Notes: generated from the sequence alone by a model not told the origin. A DNA stretch of 59,873 nt, filler included, from Candidatus Woesearchaeota archaeon (GCA_016188265.1; 7 parts of 6 records of this genome joined end to end with filler, not necessarily neighbours in it); one strand, 5' to 3'. Positions 1-8,935 are shown, numbered from the whole stretch's first letter. Numbers and translations: made by a program.

Positions 1-140
1 ATTTCCATAACACCAAATTTTTGAGGTATTGAAAACTCTTTAAACCTATTAAAAAACCATGCTCTAACTGTTGGTATTAAGAGTTGTTCAATCTCTTCAG
101 ATTCATACTGTTTTTCAAGATGCACAATATTATTTTCCAT
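1..140 (-). CDS. Lhr-family ATP-dependent helicase, N-terminal fragment (runs off window)
   Basis: Manual translation from ATG at 140: MENNIVHLEKQYESEEIEQLLIPTVRAWFFNRFKEFSIPQKFGVME, resembling the archaeal Lhr N-terminus (VxxWF...F.xPQ Q-motif). Confidence 0.6.
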   Translation of the reverse strand, partial: MENNIVHLEKQYESEEIEQLLIPTVRAWFFNRFKEFSIPQKFGVME

Positions 141-244
141 AAAAAAAGAAATAACAAGCAGTATTTAACATTTACTCACGTAAAAAAAATTAAACACTTA
201 TGCCGGACATGAATTATTATGCAAAATAGTTATGTTTGGCAGAC

Positions 245-817
245 TTAGTAACTAATCAAAAGCATTGAGAACCCTGCTAAAACAATTCCAACACCCCACA
301 CAATTTTATTCCAGTCAAAAACATATTTACCATCAAAACCCCATATAGGTATCATATTAAATAAAGCAAGAAGTGCATTAATAAATGCACCATAATAAAG
401 AAGCGGTTTCCAAGAAGGAATCAATACTTGCAATATTTTAAATCCAAAAGCTAATCCAACATTTACCATAGGCCCTGCTAAAGCAATGATTCCATGAATA
501 TGCTTTTTTGAAACATAAGGCATTAAAACCCCTCCAGGAGCAGCTATTATAAAACCAAAAAAAGACATAACAATTGCTAATAACAACATCCTATCATCAC
601 TTCTAAACTCAGCCCAATAACCATGCTTTTGTGCAATATACTTATGAGCAAGTTCATGAAGTAAAAAACCAAATCCAACAGTCACAAGGGAAATAATAAA
701 AAAAATAAGAAAAGCAGATCCAAAAATTTGTGATTTACCAAGAAGAATAGCAAATGCTAAACTTATTGCAAACCATGCTTTTGCAAGGTCTTGTTTTTCT
801 TTAATTGAAAATTTCAT
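245..817 (-). CDS. Site-2 protease (peptidase M50) family membrane metalloprotease
   Basis: HELAH zinc motif, AGP, NMIPIWGFDG (NxxPxxxxDG), hydrophobic helices. Confidence 0.9.
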   Translation of the reverse strand: MKFSIKEKQDLAKAWFAISLAFAILLGKSQIFGSAFLIFFIISLVTVGFGFLLHELAHKYIAQKHGYWAEFRSDDRMLLLAIVMSFFGFIIAAPGGVLMPYVSKKHIHGIIALAGPMVNVGLAFGFKILQVLIPSWKPLLYYGAFINALLALFNMIPIWGFDGKYVFDWNKIVWGVGIVLAGFSMLLISY

Positions 818-934
818 TTATAATTGTGTTCTGAAATTAATCATGATGGAAAATTAGTATTTATAAACATTACCGAAACTATATAAAAAAAATGCTTTGT
901 CGCAATTAGTAACAGTTATTTCGGAGGGGTTTGT

Positions 935-1078
935 ATGAAACAAAAGCTTTGTTTATGCCTTAAATGCGGAAAAACAATAAATAGTTATAGCCCAATGAGA
1001 AAATGGTGTCCTGAATGTAGACGCATAGTAAGCCTAGAACAAGCAAAGGCACGGAAAACTGTTACAAGAAAGCTATAA
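935..1078 (+). CDS. 47-aa small zinc-ribbon-like protein (absent from ORF track)
   Basis: GGAGGGG RBS before ATG; MKQKLCLCLKCGKTINSYSPMRKWCPECRRIVSLEQAKARKTVTRKL with two CxxC pairs. Confidence 0.7.
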   Translation: MKQKLCLCLKCGKTINSYSPMRKWCPECRRIVSLEQAKARKTVTRKL

Positions 1079-1121
1079 TAATTCTTTAAAATCAAATAAA
1101 AAAAAGAAAAAGTTGGAGACT

Positions 1122-1448
1122 TTATCTCCAGGATGGTCCTTGTGGTTCTGCTTGAACTTCTGCACCAGCTGATCCTTGATTATCCCATCTTGGGTCGAAT
1201 GCAGCTCTGTAATAGAAGTCTTGTGCTTCATTAGGGACGTCACGTCCATATTGGTACCACAATGGATTGCCTTCACCAGGCCAAGCTAAATTTCTTACTG
1301 AGTCACGGCCAAATGCACCGACATAATCACTTACACCTTGTCCTGTGACAGATCTTGCTTGAGCATATAGCAATACTAGACCTACTATTGCAATAACAGC
1401 TACGATTCCAAATATTGCTAGCGCCAGTCCTTTTCCTTCATCAGCCAT
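1122..1448 (-). CDS. Small membrane-anchored/secreted protein (N-terminal TM followed by TG motif)
   Basis: GAGGTGA RBS upstream of ATG 1448; MADEGKGLALAIFGIVAVIAIVGLVLLY...VTGQG. Confidence 0.75.
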   Translation of the reverse strand: MADEGKGLALAIFGIVAVIAIVGLVLLYAQARSVTGQGVSDYVGAFGRDSVRNLAWPGEGNPLWYQYGRDVPNEAQDFYYRAAFDPRWDNQGSAGAEVQAEPQGPSWR

Positions 1449-1604
1449 TTTCAATATCACCTCTTGAGGTTTGGTTTTATATTATATGAGTACTCGTAGC
1501 CATATTTAAACATTTCTCCGTTTTAAACAATATGTTATAAAATATATTTAGAATTACAACTATGTTTAATTATGTGTCTTCTAAAAGAGGCTAGCAACAA
1601 CACA

Positions 1605-3695
1605 ATGGTTAAATTAGTTAAAATACGCAAAAGAGACGGCACATATGCTTTTTTTAATGCAGATAAAATAAAATCAGGAATAGAAAAAGCAATTAAAGAA
1701 TCAAAAGCAAATATTAAAAAAACACTTCCAAAATCAAAGAAAATAACACAAGAAATAACAAAATTTCTAGAAAAAAATTTTTCAGATGTAATAATTCCAA
1801 CATCACAAGATATTGAAGATATAGTATTAGAAACATTAAAAAAATACAAACTGCAAGACGTAATTGAATCATTTTTAGCATACAAAAAAAAACAATTAGA
1901 AGCAATACCTTTCAAAACAGTACGCAGTGTACGCGATGATGTTGGATTATCAGAAAACTCACTGCAAGTTTTGGCAAAACGCTACTTGTTAAAAAATGAA
2001 AGTGGAACAATTGTTGAAACTCCCAGAAGATTATTTGAACGTGTGGCAAGAGCAATTGCAGAACCTGAAAGATTATACTCCAAAGGAAATGTGAAAAAAA
2101 CATATGAACTCTTTCTAGAATTGCTTCTTAATCTTGAGTTTTTACCAAACACACCAACATTAATGAATGCAGAAACAAAACTAAGCCAATTAAGCGCTTG
2201 TTTTGTCCTTCCAGTAGAAGACTCTCTTAAAAGTATATTTAAAACACTTGAAAATACAGCATTAATACACCAGTCTGGCGGAGGAACAGGATTTAATTTT
2301 TCTAAAATAAGACCAAAAGGAGATATAGTAATGAGCACAAAAGGAGTTGCTTCTGGGCCTATAAGCTTTATGAAAATATATAACTTAACAACAGACATAA
2401 TAAAACAAGGCGGTAAAAGACGTGGAGCTAATATGGGAATGCTTGAAATAACACATCCAGATATAGAAGAATTCATAACAGTAAAAAGCAAAAACAACCA
2501 GTTAAATAATTTTAATATTTCAGTTCTTGCAACTGAAGCATTTATGGAGTCAGTTGAAAAAAATGAAAAAATAGCATTAATTAATCCTAGAACAAAAAAG
2601 AAAGTAAAAGAAGTAAGTGCAAAACAATTATTTGACTTAATAACAGAAAATGCCTGGAAAACAGGCGATCCTGGATTAGTATTTATTGATGAAATAAACC
2701 GTCACAACCCAACTCCAAAAGTTGGAAAAATAGAGTGCACAAATCCTTGTGGCGAACAACCACTTCTTCCTTATGAAAGTTGTAATCTAGGAAGCATTAA
2801 CCTTATAAAAATGTTTGTAAAAAATAAATTTAGCTGGGAAAAACTTAGAAAAACAATAAGGCTAGCAGTACACTTTCTTGACAATGTTATTGATGCTAAT
2901 AAATATCCATCTCCTGAAATTGAAGCAATAACAAAAGCAAACAGAAAAATTGGATTAGGTGTTATGGGTTTTGCTGAAACACTTGCCAGGCTTGAAATAC
3001 CTTACAACAACAATAAAGCCATTGAATTTGCAGAAAAACTAATGAAATTTATTCAATCAGAAGCGCGAAAACGCAGCGAAGAATTAGGAATAGAACGTGG
3101 AAGTTTTCCAAACTTTCCAGAAAGCACTCTTGCAAAAAATTACAATACCATGCGAAATTCAACAGTAACAACAATTGCACCAACAGGAACAATAAGCATA
3201 ATTGCAAATGCAACAAGTGGCATTGAGCCATTTTTCGCAATTTCTTTTGTAAGAGAAGTAATGGAAGGAACGCAGCTTGTTGAAACAAATGAGTATTTTG
3301 AACAAATTGCAAAAGAAAAAGAATTTTACTCAAAAAAATTAATGCTAGAAATTTCAAGACAAGGAAGCATTCAAAAAATAAAAGGAGTACCAAAATCAGT
3401 AAAAGATATTTTTGTTACAGCCTTTGACATAAATCCTGAATGGCATGTACGCATGCAAGCAGCTTTTCAAAAATATACAGACAATGCAGTTAGTAAAACA
3501 ATAAATTTATCACAAAACGCAACAGTTGAAGATGTAAAAAAAGCATACACCCTTGCACACAAACTAAAATGCAAAGGAATTACAGTATTTAGATATGGGT
3601 CAAAAGAACAGCAAGTTTTATATTTTGCAAAAGACAAAGTAGAGGTTAAAACAGAATTTGCAGGCGGATGCCCTGGATTAGAATGTGTAGTATGA
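1605..3695 (+). CDS. nrdJ: Class II (adenosylcobalamin-dependent) ribonucleotide reductase with N-terminal ATP cone
   Basis: ATP cone (IRKRDG...F..DKI), PNTPTLMNA, LSACFV, NPCGEQPL, TIAPTGTIS, C-terminal CPGLEC; no intein. Confidence 0.95.
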   Translation: MVKLVKIRKRDGTYAFFNADKIKSGIEKAIKESKANIKKTLPKSKKITQEITKFLEKNFSDVIIPTSQDIEDIVLETLKKYKLQDVIESFLAYKKKQLEAIPFKTVRSVRDDVGLSENSLQVLAKRYLLKNESGTIVETPRRLFERVARAIAEPERLYSKGNVKKTYELFLELLLNLEFLPNTPTLMNAETKLSQLSACFVLPVEDSLKSIFKTLENTALIHQSGGGTGFNFSKIRPKGDIVMSTKGVASGPISFMKIYNLTTDIIKQGGKRRGANMGMLEITHPDIEEFITVKSKNNQLNNFNISVLATEAFMESVEKNEKIALINPRTKKKVKEVSAKQLFDLITENAWKTGDPGLVFIDEINRHNPTPKVGKIECTNPCGEQPLLPYESCNLGSINLIKMFVKNKFSWEKLRKTIRLAVHFLDNVIDANKYPSPEIEAITKANRKIGLGVMGFAETLARLEIPYNNNKAIEFAEKLMKFIQSEARKRSEELGIERGSFPNFPESTLAKNYNTMRNSTVTTIAPTGTISIIANATSGIEPFFAISFVREVMEGTQLVETNEYFEQIAKEKEFYSKKLMLEISRQGSIQKIKGVPKSVKDIFVTAFDINPEWHVRMQAAFQKYTDNAVSKTINLSQNATVEDVKKAYTLAHKLKCKGITVFRYGSKEQQVLYFAKDKVEVKTEFAGGCPGLECVV

Positions 3696-3716
3696 TCTTT
3701 TTTTAAAAACAAAAAG

Positions 3717-4238
3717 ATGGTTAAAAAAAAAGCAACAATATATGTTTGGACTGGAATTGGAGCTGGCAAAACAACTTCTTCTTTAGGCGTTGCACTCAGA
3801 GAAGTCGGCCATGGAAATAATGTTATAATTATTCAATTTATGAAAGGCAGAAAAGACATAGGTGAATACAAAATTAAAAAACGTTTATCACCAGAATATG
3901 AAATTTACCAGTTTGGCAGAACAGGATGGGTTAATCTAAAAAACCCTTCATTACAAGACAAAAAACTAGCACAACAAGGACTAGAATTTGCAAAAAAAGC
4001 AGCAAAGAAAAAACCAGACCTATTAGTACTAGACGAATTAAACCTAGTTCTAGCATACGGATTATTAGATACAAATGAAGTATTAAAATTCTTAGACACA
4101 ATACCGCCAAAAACATCAGTATACATAACTGGAAGATTTGCACCGCTAAAATTAATGGAAAGAGCAGATTATGTAACAGAATTTGTAACACTAAAAAGAC
4201 CTTCTGAAATAATAGCTAAAAAAGGTATAGAATATTAA
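3717..4238 (+). CDS. cobO: Cob(I)alamin adenosyltransferase, CobA/CobO/BtuR family
   Basis: TGIGAGKTTSSLG P-loop, IQFMKG, LVLDEL, ITGR, ADYVTE, KGIEY. Confidence 0.92.
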   Translation: MVKKKATIYVWTGIGAGKTTSSLGVALREVGHGNNVIIIQFMKGRKDIGEYKIKKRLSPEYEIYQFGRTGWVNLKNPSLQDKKLAQQGLEFAKKAAKKKPDLLVLDELNLVLAYGLLDTNEVLKFLDTIPPKTSVYITGRFAPLKLMERADYVTEFVTLKRPSEIIAKKGIEY

Positions 4239-4273
4239 TCAGTATTTCTGCAAGTGAGATTAATTCTAAAAAT

Positions 4274-4412
4274 GTCAAGAACTACCTGCTAAAGTAGGTA
4301 GCGTGTTTACACATCGCTACATTTATAAGTATGTGGTTCTTGATCACAGTTGAAAACTGCTTGTCGTTCCTACTAATTTAAGTCAGTAGTGCACCTCAAC
4401 AGCAGTTTTCAA
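4274..4412 (-). repeat. IS200/IS605-like hairpin end element, left copy
   Basis: Minus strand GTGATCAAGAAC...CACGCTACCTACTTTAGCAGGTAGTTCTTGAC (4347->4274), plus 12-bp inverted repeat TTGAAAACTGCT/AGCAGTTTTCAA (4350-4361/4401-4412). Confidence 0.55.
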
Positions 4413-4447
4413 TGTTTAAAAAGAGCATCATAAAAACATTTGAAATC

Positions 4448-4903
4448 ATGACTGAATTAGAACAATTTTTTTATTATATCAAAGAAAAAAAAGAATTTGT
4501 AAAAAACTCACCATGGAAATTTTTTCTTAAAGATTCAATAAACAACAATGAAGTGTATGAGTATAGACAACTTCAAATAGGAACAGATCCTTTTGCAAAA
4601 ATGGAATGGATAATTGAAAGAAAAACAAACCAAACTTTATTTGCAGTCACAATTCATGGAGGAATACTCCCAATAAAATGCATAGAATTTAAACCAGAAG
4701 ACATCCATAATTTTCTTGAAAGAGCATTATTAGAAAAAAATAACAACTCAATTTTTCGCGGGCCAAAAAGATACGATCAACCAAACTCTTCATACCACAA
4801 CAACTATCAAGGAACATTTGAAAGCTTTGAAGGAATTGAAATAATAATGCACCAAGGAATAAGTGTTTACAAAGCAAATTATTCCGGCGGAATTGTAAAA
4901 TAA
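4448..4903 (+). CDS. DUF5680-like protein
   Basis: C-terminal FRGP...Y.NNYQGTFESFEGIEIIMHQGISVYKANYSGG pattern. Confidence 0.65.
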   Translation: MTELEQFFYYIKEKKEFVKNSPWKFFLKDSINNNEVYEYRQLQIGTDPFAKMEWIIERKTNQTLFAVTIHGGILPIKCIEFKPEDIHNFLERALLEKNNNSIFRGPKRYDQPNSSYHNNYQGTFESFEGIEIIMHQGISVYKANYSGGIVK

Positions 4904-5061
4904 AAATTTTATAAAAAGTGATTTTGATTTGTAGTATTAAAATGGTTTGGAAAAGAGTTTCTACAGAGGTTTTTTATGAAGATTTTTTCAACACTAAGAT
5001 TCCACTAGTGTTTCACTAGTGGTTTAGTAGTGGTTCTCAAAAAGCCACGCTTTTTGGAACG

Positions 5062-5243
5062 TCAGAAATCGCCACTCGCAATCTCCTTGCTTTAGCTCGG
5101 AGTAAGAGGGCGATTTCTGAGCGTGATCAAGAACACGCCCCGGGCTTTAGCCCGGCGGTTCTTGACACACCGAAAATGTTTTGCATTTTCGATTGAATCT
5201 TGGTGTGCTCAAGCACTAGAAAATCAAAGATTTTCTGTGCACA
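5062..5243 (+). repeat. IS200/IS605-like hairpin end element (right copy) and REP-like hairpin cluster at contig end
   Basis: TCAGAAATCGCC/GGCGATTTCTGA stem (5062-5073/5109-5120); GTGATCAAGAACACGCCCCGGGCTTTAGCCCGGCGGTTCTTGAC (5123-5166); AGAAAATC-AAA-GATTTTCT hairpin. Confidence 0.6.
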
Positions 5244-5343
5244 NNNNNNNNNNNNNNNNNNNNNNNNNNNNNNNNNNNNNNNNNNNNTTAATTAATTAAN
5301 NNNNNNNNNNNNNNNNNNNNNNNNNNNNNNNNNNNNNNNNNNN
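5244..5343. other. Artificial contig linker
   Basis: 100 nt of N with central TTAATTAATTAA. Confidence 0.99.
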
Positions 5344-7872
5344 CGCTTGTTAAGCCAGCATCTGGAAATGTTTCCTAAATCACTGCCAAGTTTTTTAAAA
5401 GCAATTCCTTCTTGGATGACTGAAAAATTACGAGTTCCAAGTGTAGTACGAAAAAAACTAAAGTATAAAGGCGATATTTTTTTTGCAGAACACCATATGT
5501 CTCATGCAGCTGCCAGTTTTCTTGTTTCTCCTTTTAAAGAAGCTGCAATTTGTACAATTGACGGTATTGGAGAGTGGGATTCAACAACTTTAGGTTATGG
5601 CAAAGACAAAGATATTACAATACTTAAAAGGCTTATATTTCCTCACTCACTTGGTCTCTTGTATAGTACTGTTACTGCGTTTTTAGGCATGAGCGTGAAT
5701 AATAGTGAGTATAAAGTAATGGGTCTAGCGCCTTATGGAAAACCAGTCTATCTTGATCAATTCAAACTAATAATCGATGTAAAAGATGATGGAAGCTATG
5801 CTCTTGATATGTCTTACTTTGACTTTCATTACAAAATGTCAATGCCTGGAAAAAAATTTGTTAATTTATTGGGTCCTCCTAGAGCAAAAGAAGACGAATT
5901 TACTCAAAGACATAAAGATATTGCAGCATCACTTCAAAAAGTAACTGAAGAAACAATATTCAAAATACTAAATCATCTTCAGGATATAACTGGAATGACA
6001 AATTTATGCATTGGCGGAGGTGTTGCTCTTAATAGTGTTGCTAACGGAAAAATAACGCAGAATACTCCTTTTAAAAAAGTGTTTATTCAGCCTGCTGCAA
6101 GCGACGCTGGTTCAAGCATGGGCGTTGCATCGTATGTGTATAATACTATTCTTAGAAATGAAAGAAATTTTGTCCTCGAACATGCTTACTGGGGGCCTGA
6201 GTATTCAAAAGAATACATTAAAAGCTTTTTAGATAAAAACAATATTAATTACAAAGAATTTAAAGATGAAACAAATCTTATTAATACAACTGCTCGTTTG
6301 ATTTATGACAATAATGTTATTGGCTGGTTTCAAGGAAGAATGGAATGGGGTCCCAGAGCTCTTGGCAATAGAAGTATTCTTTCTAATGCCTGCAATCCAA
6401 ATGCTAAAGAAATTTTAAACTTAAAAGTTAAGCATAGAGAATGTTATGACAATAAAACACAAATACTAACAAAAAGCGGTTGGAAACTATTAAAAAATCT
6501 TGTTAAAAATGAAAAAGTAGCAACATTAAATCCAGTAACCAAAGAATTAATATTTCAAAGAATAAAGAGAAAAACTGAGTATAAATACTCTGGAAAAATG
6601 GTATGTTTCAAGAACAAAAGAATAAACTTAGTCGTAACTCCAGAACACAACATTTGGGCAAAAAAAATAACCAACCATTCAGATAGCATTTATAAAAACC
6701 AGTTCGGATTTAAAAAAGCAATAAACTTGGTTGGACAAGAAAATGTTCAGATAAAAGCTATAAATTATTGGAAAGGGCAAGAAAAAAAATATTTTGTACT
6801 GCCAAAAATTAAGAGGAAAAAATATAGCCATATACGCCAAGTAGACAAAATACTAATGGATTTGTGGTTAGAATTTTTAGGTTACTATCTATCTGAGGGA
6901 AGTTTTTGTTATGATAAAGGACACTACAATATTTATGTCTCTCAGAGCGTAGAGTCAACAAAATATAAAAAAATTAAAAAGTGTCTTAATAAGATATACA
7001 CATGGAGATATAACTCTGGGAGCTTTATATTAAGCAACAAACAGCTTTTTGAATATTTAAAGCAATTTGGAAAAGCTAAAGATAAATTTATACCACAAAA
7101 ACTTTTAGAATTACCTGAAAGGCAATTAAAAATCTTGTTTGACGCACTTATGTGCGGTGATGGAACGTATAGACCAAAACAATATAAATACACTACTGTA
7201 AGTAAAAAACTAGCAGATAATGTTCAGGAACTAGGCTTGAAACTAGGATATAGCGTCACAACATCAAAAGAAGTATTGAACAATCCCAATCATAATGACG
7301 TATACTATGTAAGATTGAACAAAGGAAGCAAGATAGCTTACATTAGAAAAAATCAAAGTAGCCTAACCAATTATCATGGAAAAGTATATTGCGTTACAGT
7401 TCCAAAATATAATATATTGTGTATAAAAAGAGATGAAAAAATTATTTTTAGTGGAAATAGCTTCAGGCCATTTGCACCGGTAATAACTGCAGAAAATGTT
7501 CATGAATGGTTTGATATTGATAAAAATGAAGAAAAATTCATGCTATTTGTATATCCTGTAAAAGAAAATAAAAGAAAAATAATTCCTTCTGTAACACATG
7601 TTGATGGTTCTGGAAGACTGCAAACAATAACTAAACAACAAAATCCAAGATATTATGAGGTTATTAACGCATTTGAAAAACTAAGCGGTGTTCCAATACT
7701 AATTAACACATCATTTAATATTAGAGGAGAACCAATAGTATGCAAGCCAGAACATGCATATCATTGTATGATGGGCACAGGAATAGATTATTTAGTTTTA
7801 GGAGATTTTTTAATAAAAAGAGAAGACAATCCCAAGGACATCTGGAACAGTGAAACTATCGCAACAGATTAA
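5344..7872 (+). CDS. O-carbamoyltransferase (NodU/CmcH/TobZ/SxtI family), 5'-truncated, intein-containing
   Basis: EHHMSHAA, TIDGIGE, EYKVMGLAPYG, GGVALN, QPAASDAG, GRMEWGPRALGNRSIL, KHRE|SFRPFAP, HVDGSGRLQT, NTSFNIRGEPIV; N-terminus lies on contig F. Confidence 0.95.
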   Translation, partial: RLLSQHLEMFPKSLPSFLKAIPSWMTEKLRVPSVVRKKLKYKGDIFFAEHHMSHAAASFLVSPFKEAAICTIDGIGEWDSTTLGYGKDKDITILKRLIFPHSLGLLYSTVTAFLGMSVNNSEYKVMGLAPYGKPVYLDQFKLIIDVKDDGSYALDMSYFDFHYKMSMPGKKFVNLLGPPRAKEDEFTQRHKDIAASLQKVTEETIFKILNHLQDITGMTNLCIGGGVALNSVANGKITQNTPFKKVFIQPAASDAGSSMGVASYVYNTILRNERNFVLEHAYWGPEYSKEYIKSFLDKNNINYKEFKDETNLINTTARLIYDNNVIGWFQGRMEWGPRALGNRSILSNACNPNAKEILNLKVKHRECYDNKTQILTKSGWKLLKNLVKNEKVATLNPVTKELIFQRIKRKTEYKYSGKMVCFKNKRINLVVTPEHNIWAKKITNHSDSIYKNQFGFKKAINLVGQENVQIKAINYWKGQEKKYFVLPKIKRKKYSHIRQVDKILMDLWLEFLGYYLSEGSFCYDKGHYNIYVSQSVESTKYKKIKKCLNKIYTWRYNSGSFILSNKQLFEYLKQFGKAKDKFIPQKLLELPERQLKILFDALMCGDGTYRPKQYKYTTVSKKLADNVQELGLKLGYSVTTSKEVLNNPNHNDVYYVRLNKGSKIAYIRKNQSSLTNYHGKVYCVTVPKYNILCIKRDEKIIFSGNSFRPFAPVITAENVHEWFDIDKNEEKFMLFVYPVKENKRKIIPSVTHVDGSGRLQTITKQQNPRYYEVINAFEKLSGVPILINTSFNIRGEPIVCKPEHAYHCMMGTGIDYLVLGDFLIKREDNPKDIWNSETIATD
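6442..7458 (+). mobile_element. Intein (339 aa) with LAGLIDADG homing endonuclease
   Basis: Begins CYDNKTQILTKSGWK, block B VTPEH, LAGLIDADG-like LGYYLSEG and FDALMCGDG, block F VYCVTVP, ends FSGN before Ser+1; interrupts conserved KHRE/SFRPFAP. Confidence 0.93.
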
Positions 7873-8935
7873 TTGTAAAAATGCACTTGTATTTTTAATT
7901 ACATTAATTACATGTCTTGCAATAATTGAAGTTTCAATAAGAACATTCCTTCCGCAAGACACGAATGTATACATGTATGACTCTGATTTTGTTTTTAAGT
8001 TTCAGCCAAAGGCTACAATTCACATGAGAAGTCCTGAATATAATGTTAAAACCACTTTTAATACCCATGGTTTTCGCGACAAACATTCTTGTTACGACAA
8101 GGCCAAAAATAGTTTTAGAATTCTACTATTAGGAGATTCATTTACTTCTGGTTTAGAAGTTGATTTTGAAAAAATCTGGGGGCAGTTATTAGAACAACAA
8201 CTCAAAAGCCAAAAATTCCCTGTTGATGTAGTTAATACAGGAGTAAATGGCTGGTCTACTGAACAACAATCATTATTTCTAAAAAGAGACGGAATAAAAT
8301 ACAATCCAGATCTTGTAATATTAGCTTACTATATTGGTAATGACCAAACAGACAACATACTTAGAAATTTATTTTTATTTGATGGAGAAAATCTAACTCT
8401 TAATCAAAAAAAAGAGTTTACACAATCACGTTTGCGTTCAGTATATTATTTCTTGTCAAGTTATTCTCATACATTTAATTTTTTCTGGGGCATTTATTCA
8501 AAAATAAAAGCTAAATTCACAAATAATAAACCTGTAAAAAGCCTTGATCCTGAATACTTTATTAATACTTATTTAAGCACACCTGAAACAGAAGAATCAA
8601 AATATGCTTGGTCTAAAACAAAAGCATTGCTAAAAGAAATAAAGCAATTTCTTGATAATAAAAATATTCCATTACTTCTTGTAGCAATTCCCGACCCCCT
8701 GCAAGAAAAAGAACTAAATATTAATTTAAATAGAACGCTTCCTCAAAAAAATCTTGAAAAAATAACCCAAGAACTAGATATTAATTATCTTGATTTACTT
8801 CCACATTATGAAAATGAAACAAATACTCATTTTAAAACTGATTTTCACTGGAATGAAAAAGGACATCAAATAGCAACAGAAGCAATTATGAAAAAATTAA
8901 TAAATGAGAATCTTATCTCAATTAATAATGGCTAG
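7850..8935 (+). CDS. Membrane-anchored SGNH/GDSL hydrolase family protein
   Basis: N-terminal TM, NTHGFRD, LGDSFT, VVNTGVNGWS, GND, DFHWNEKGH. Confidence 0.9.
   Translation: MKLSQQINCKNALVFLITLITCLAIIEVSIRTFLPQDTNVYMYDSDFVFKFQPKATIHMRSPEYNVKTTFNTHGFRDKHSCYDKAKNSFRILLLGDSFTSGLEVDFEKIWGQLLEQQLKSQKFPVDVVNTGVNGWSTEQQSLFLKRDGIKYNPDLVILAYYIGNDQTDNILRNLFLFDGENLTLNQKKEFTQSRLRSVYYFLSSYSHTFNFFWGIYSKIKAKFTNNKPVKSLDPEYFINTYLSTPETEESKYAWSKTKALLKEIKQFLDNKNIPLLLVAIPDPLQEKELNINLNRTLPQKNLEKITQELDINYLDLLPHYENETNTHFKTDFHWNEKGHQIATEAIMKKLINENLISINNG

Noticed and set aside
4942..5019. 25-codon ORF MVWKRVSTEVFYEDFFNTKIPLVFH after a TTTATAAA box, with CACTAGTG palindromes
   Set aside because: Too short and no recognisable motif; cannot be separated from chance
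5344..5484. 141-bp inverted repeat with 51605-51745 as a duplication, inversion or second carbamoyltransferase
   Set aside because: Both copies are flush with contig ends and 141 equals a common maximum assembler k-mer; best read as one gene split by the assembly
6442..7458. Class 3 intein because of the Cys in block F (VYCVTV)
   Set aside because: Residue 1 is Cys and the class 3 Trp/Thr signature is not evident; class 1 splicing is the simpler reading
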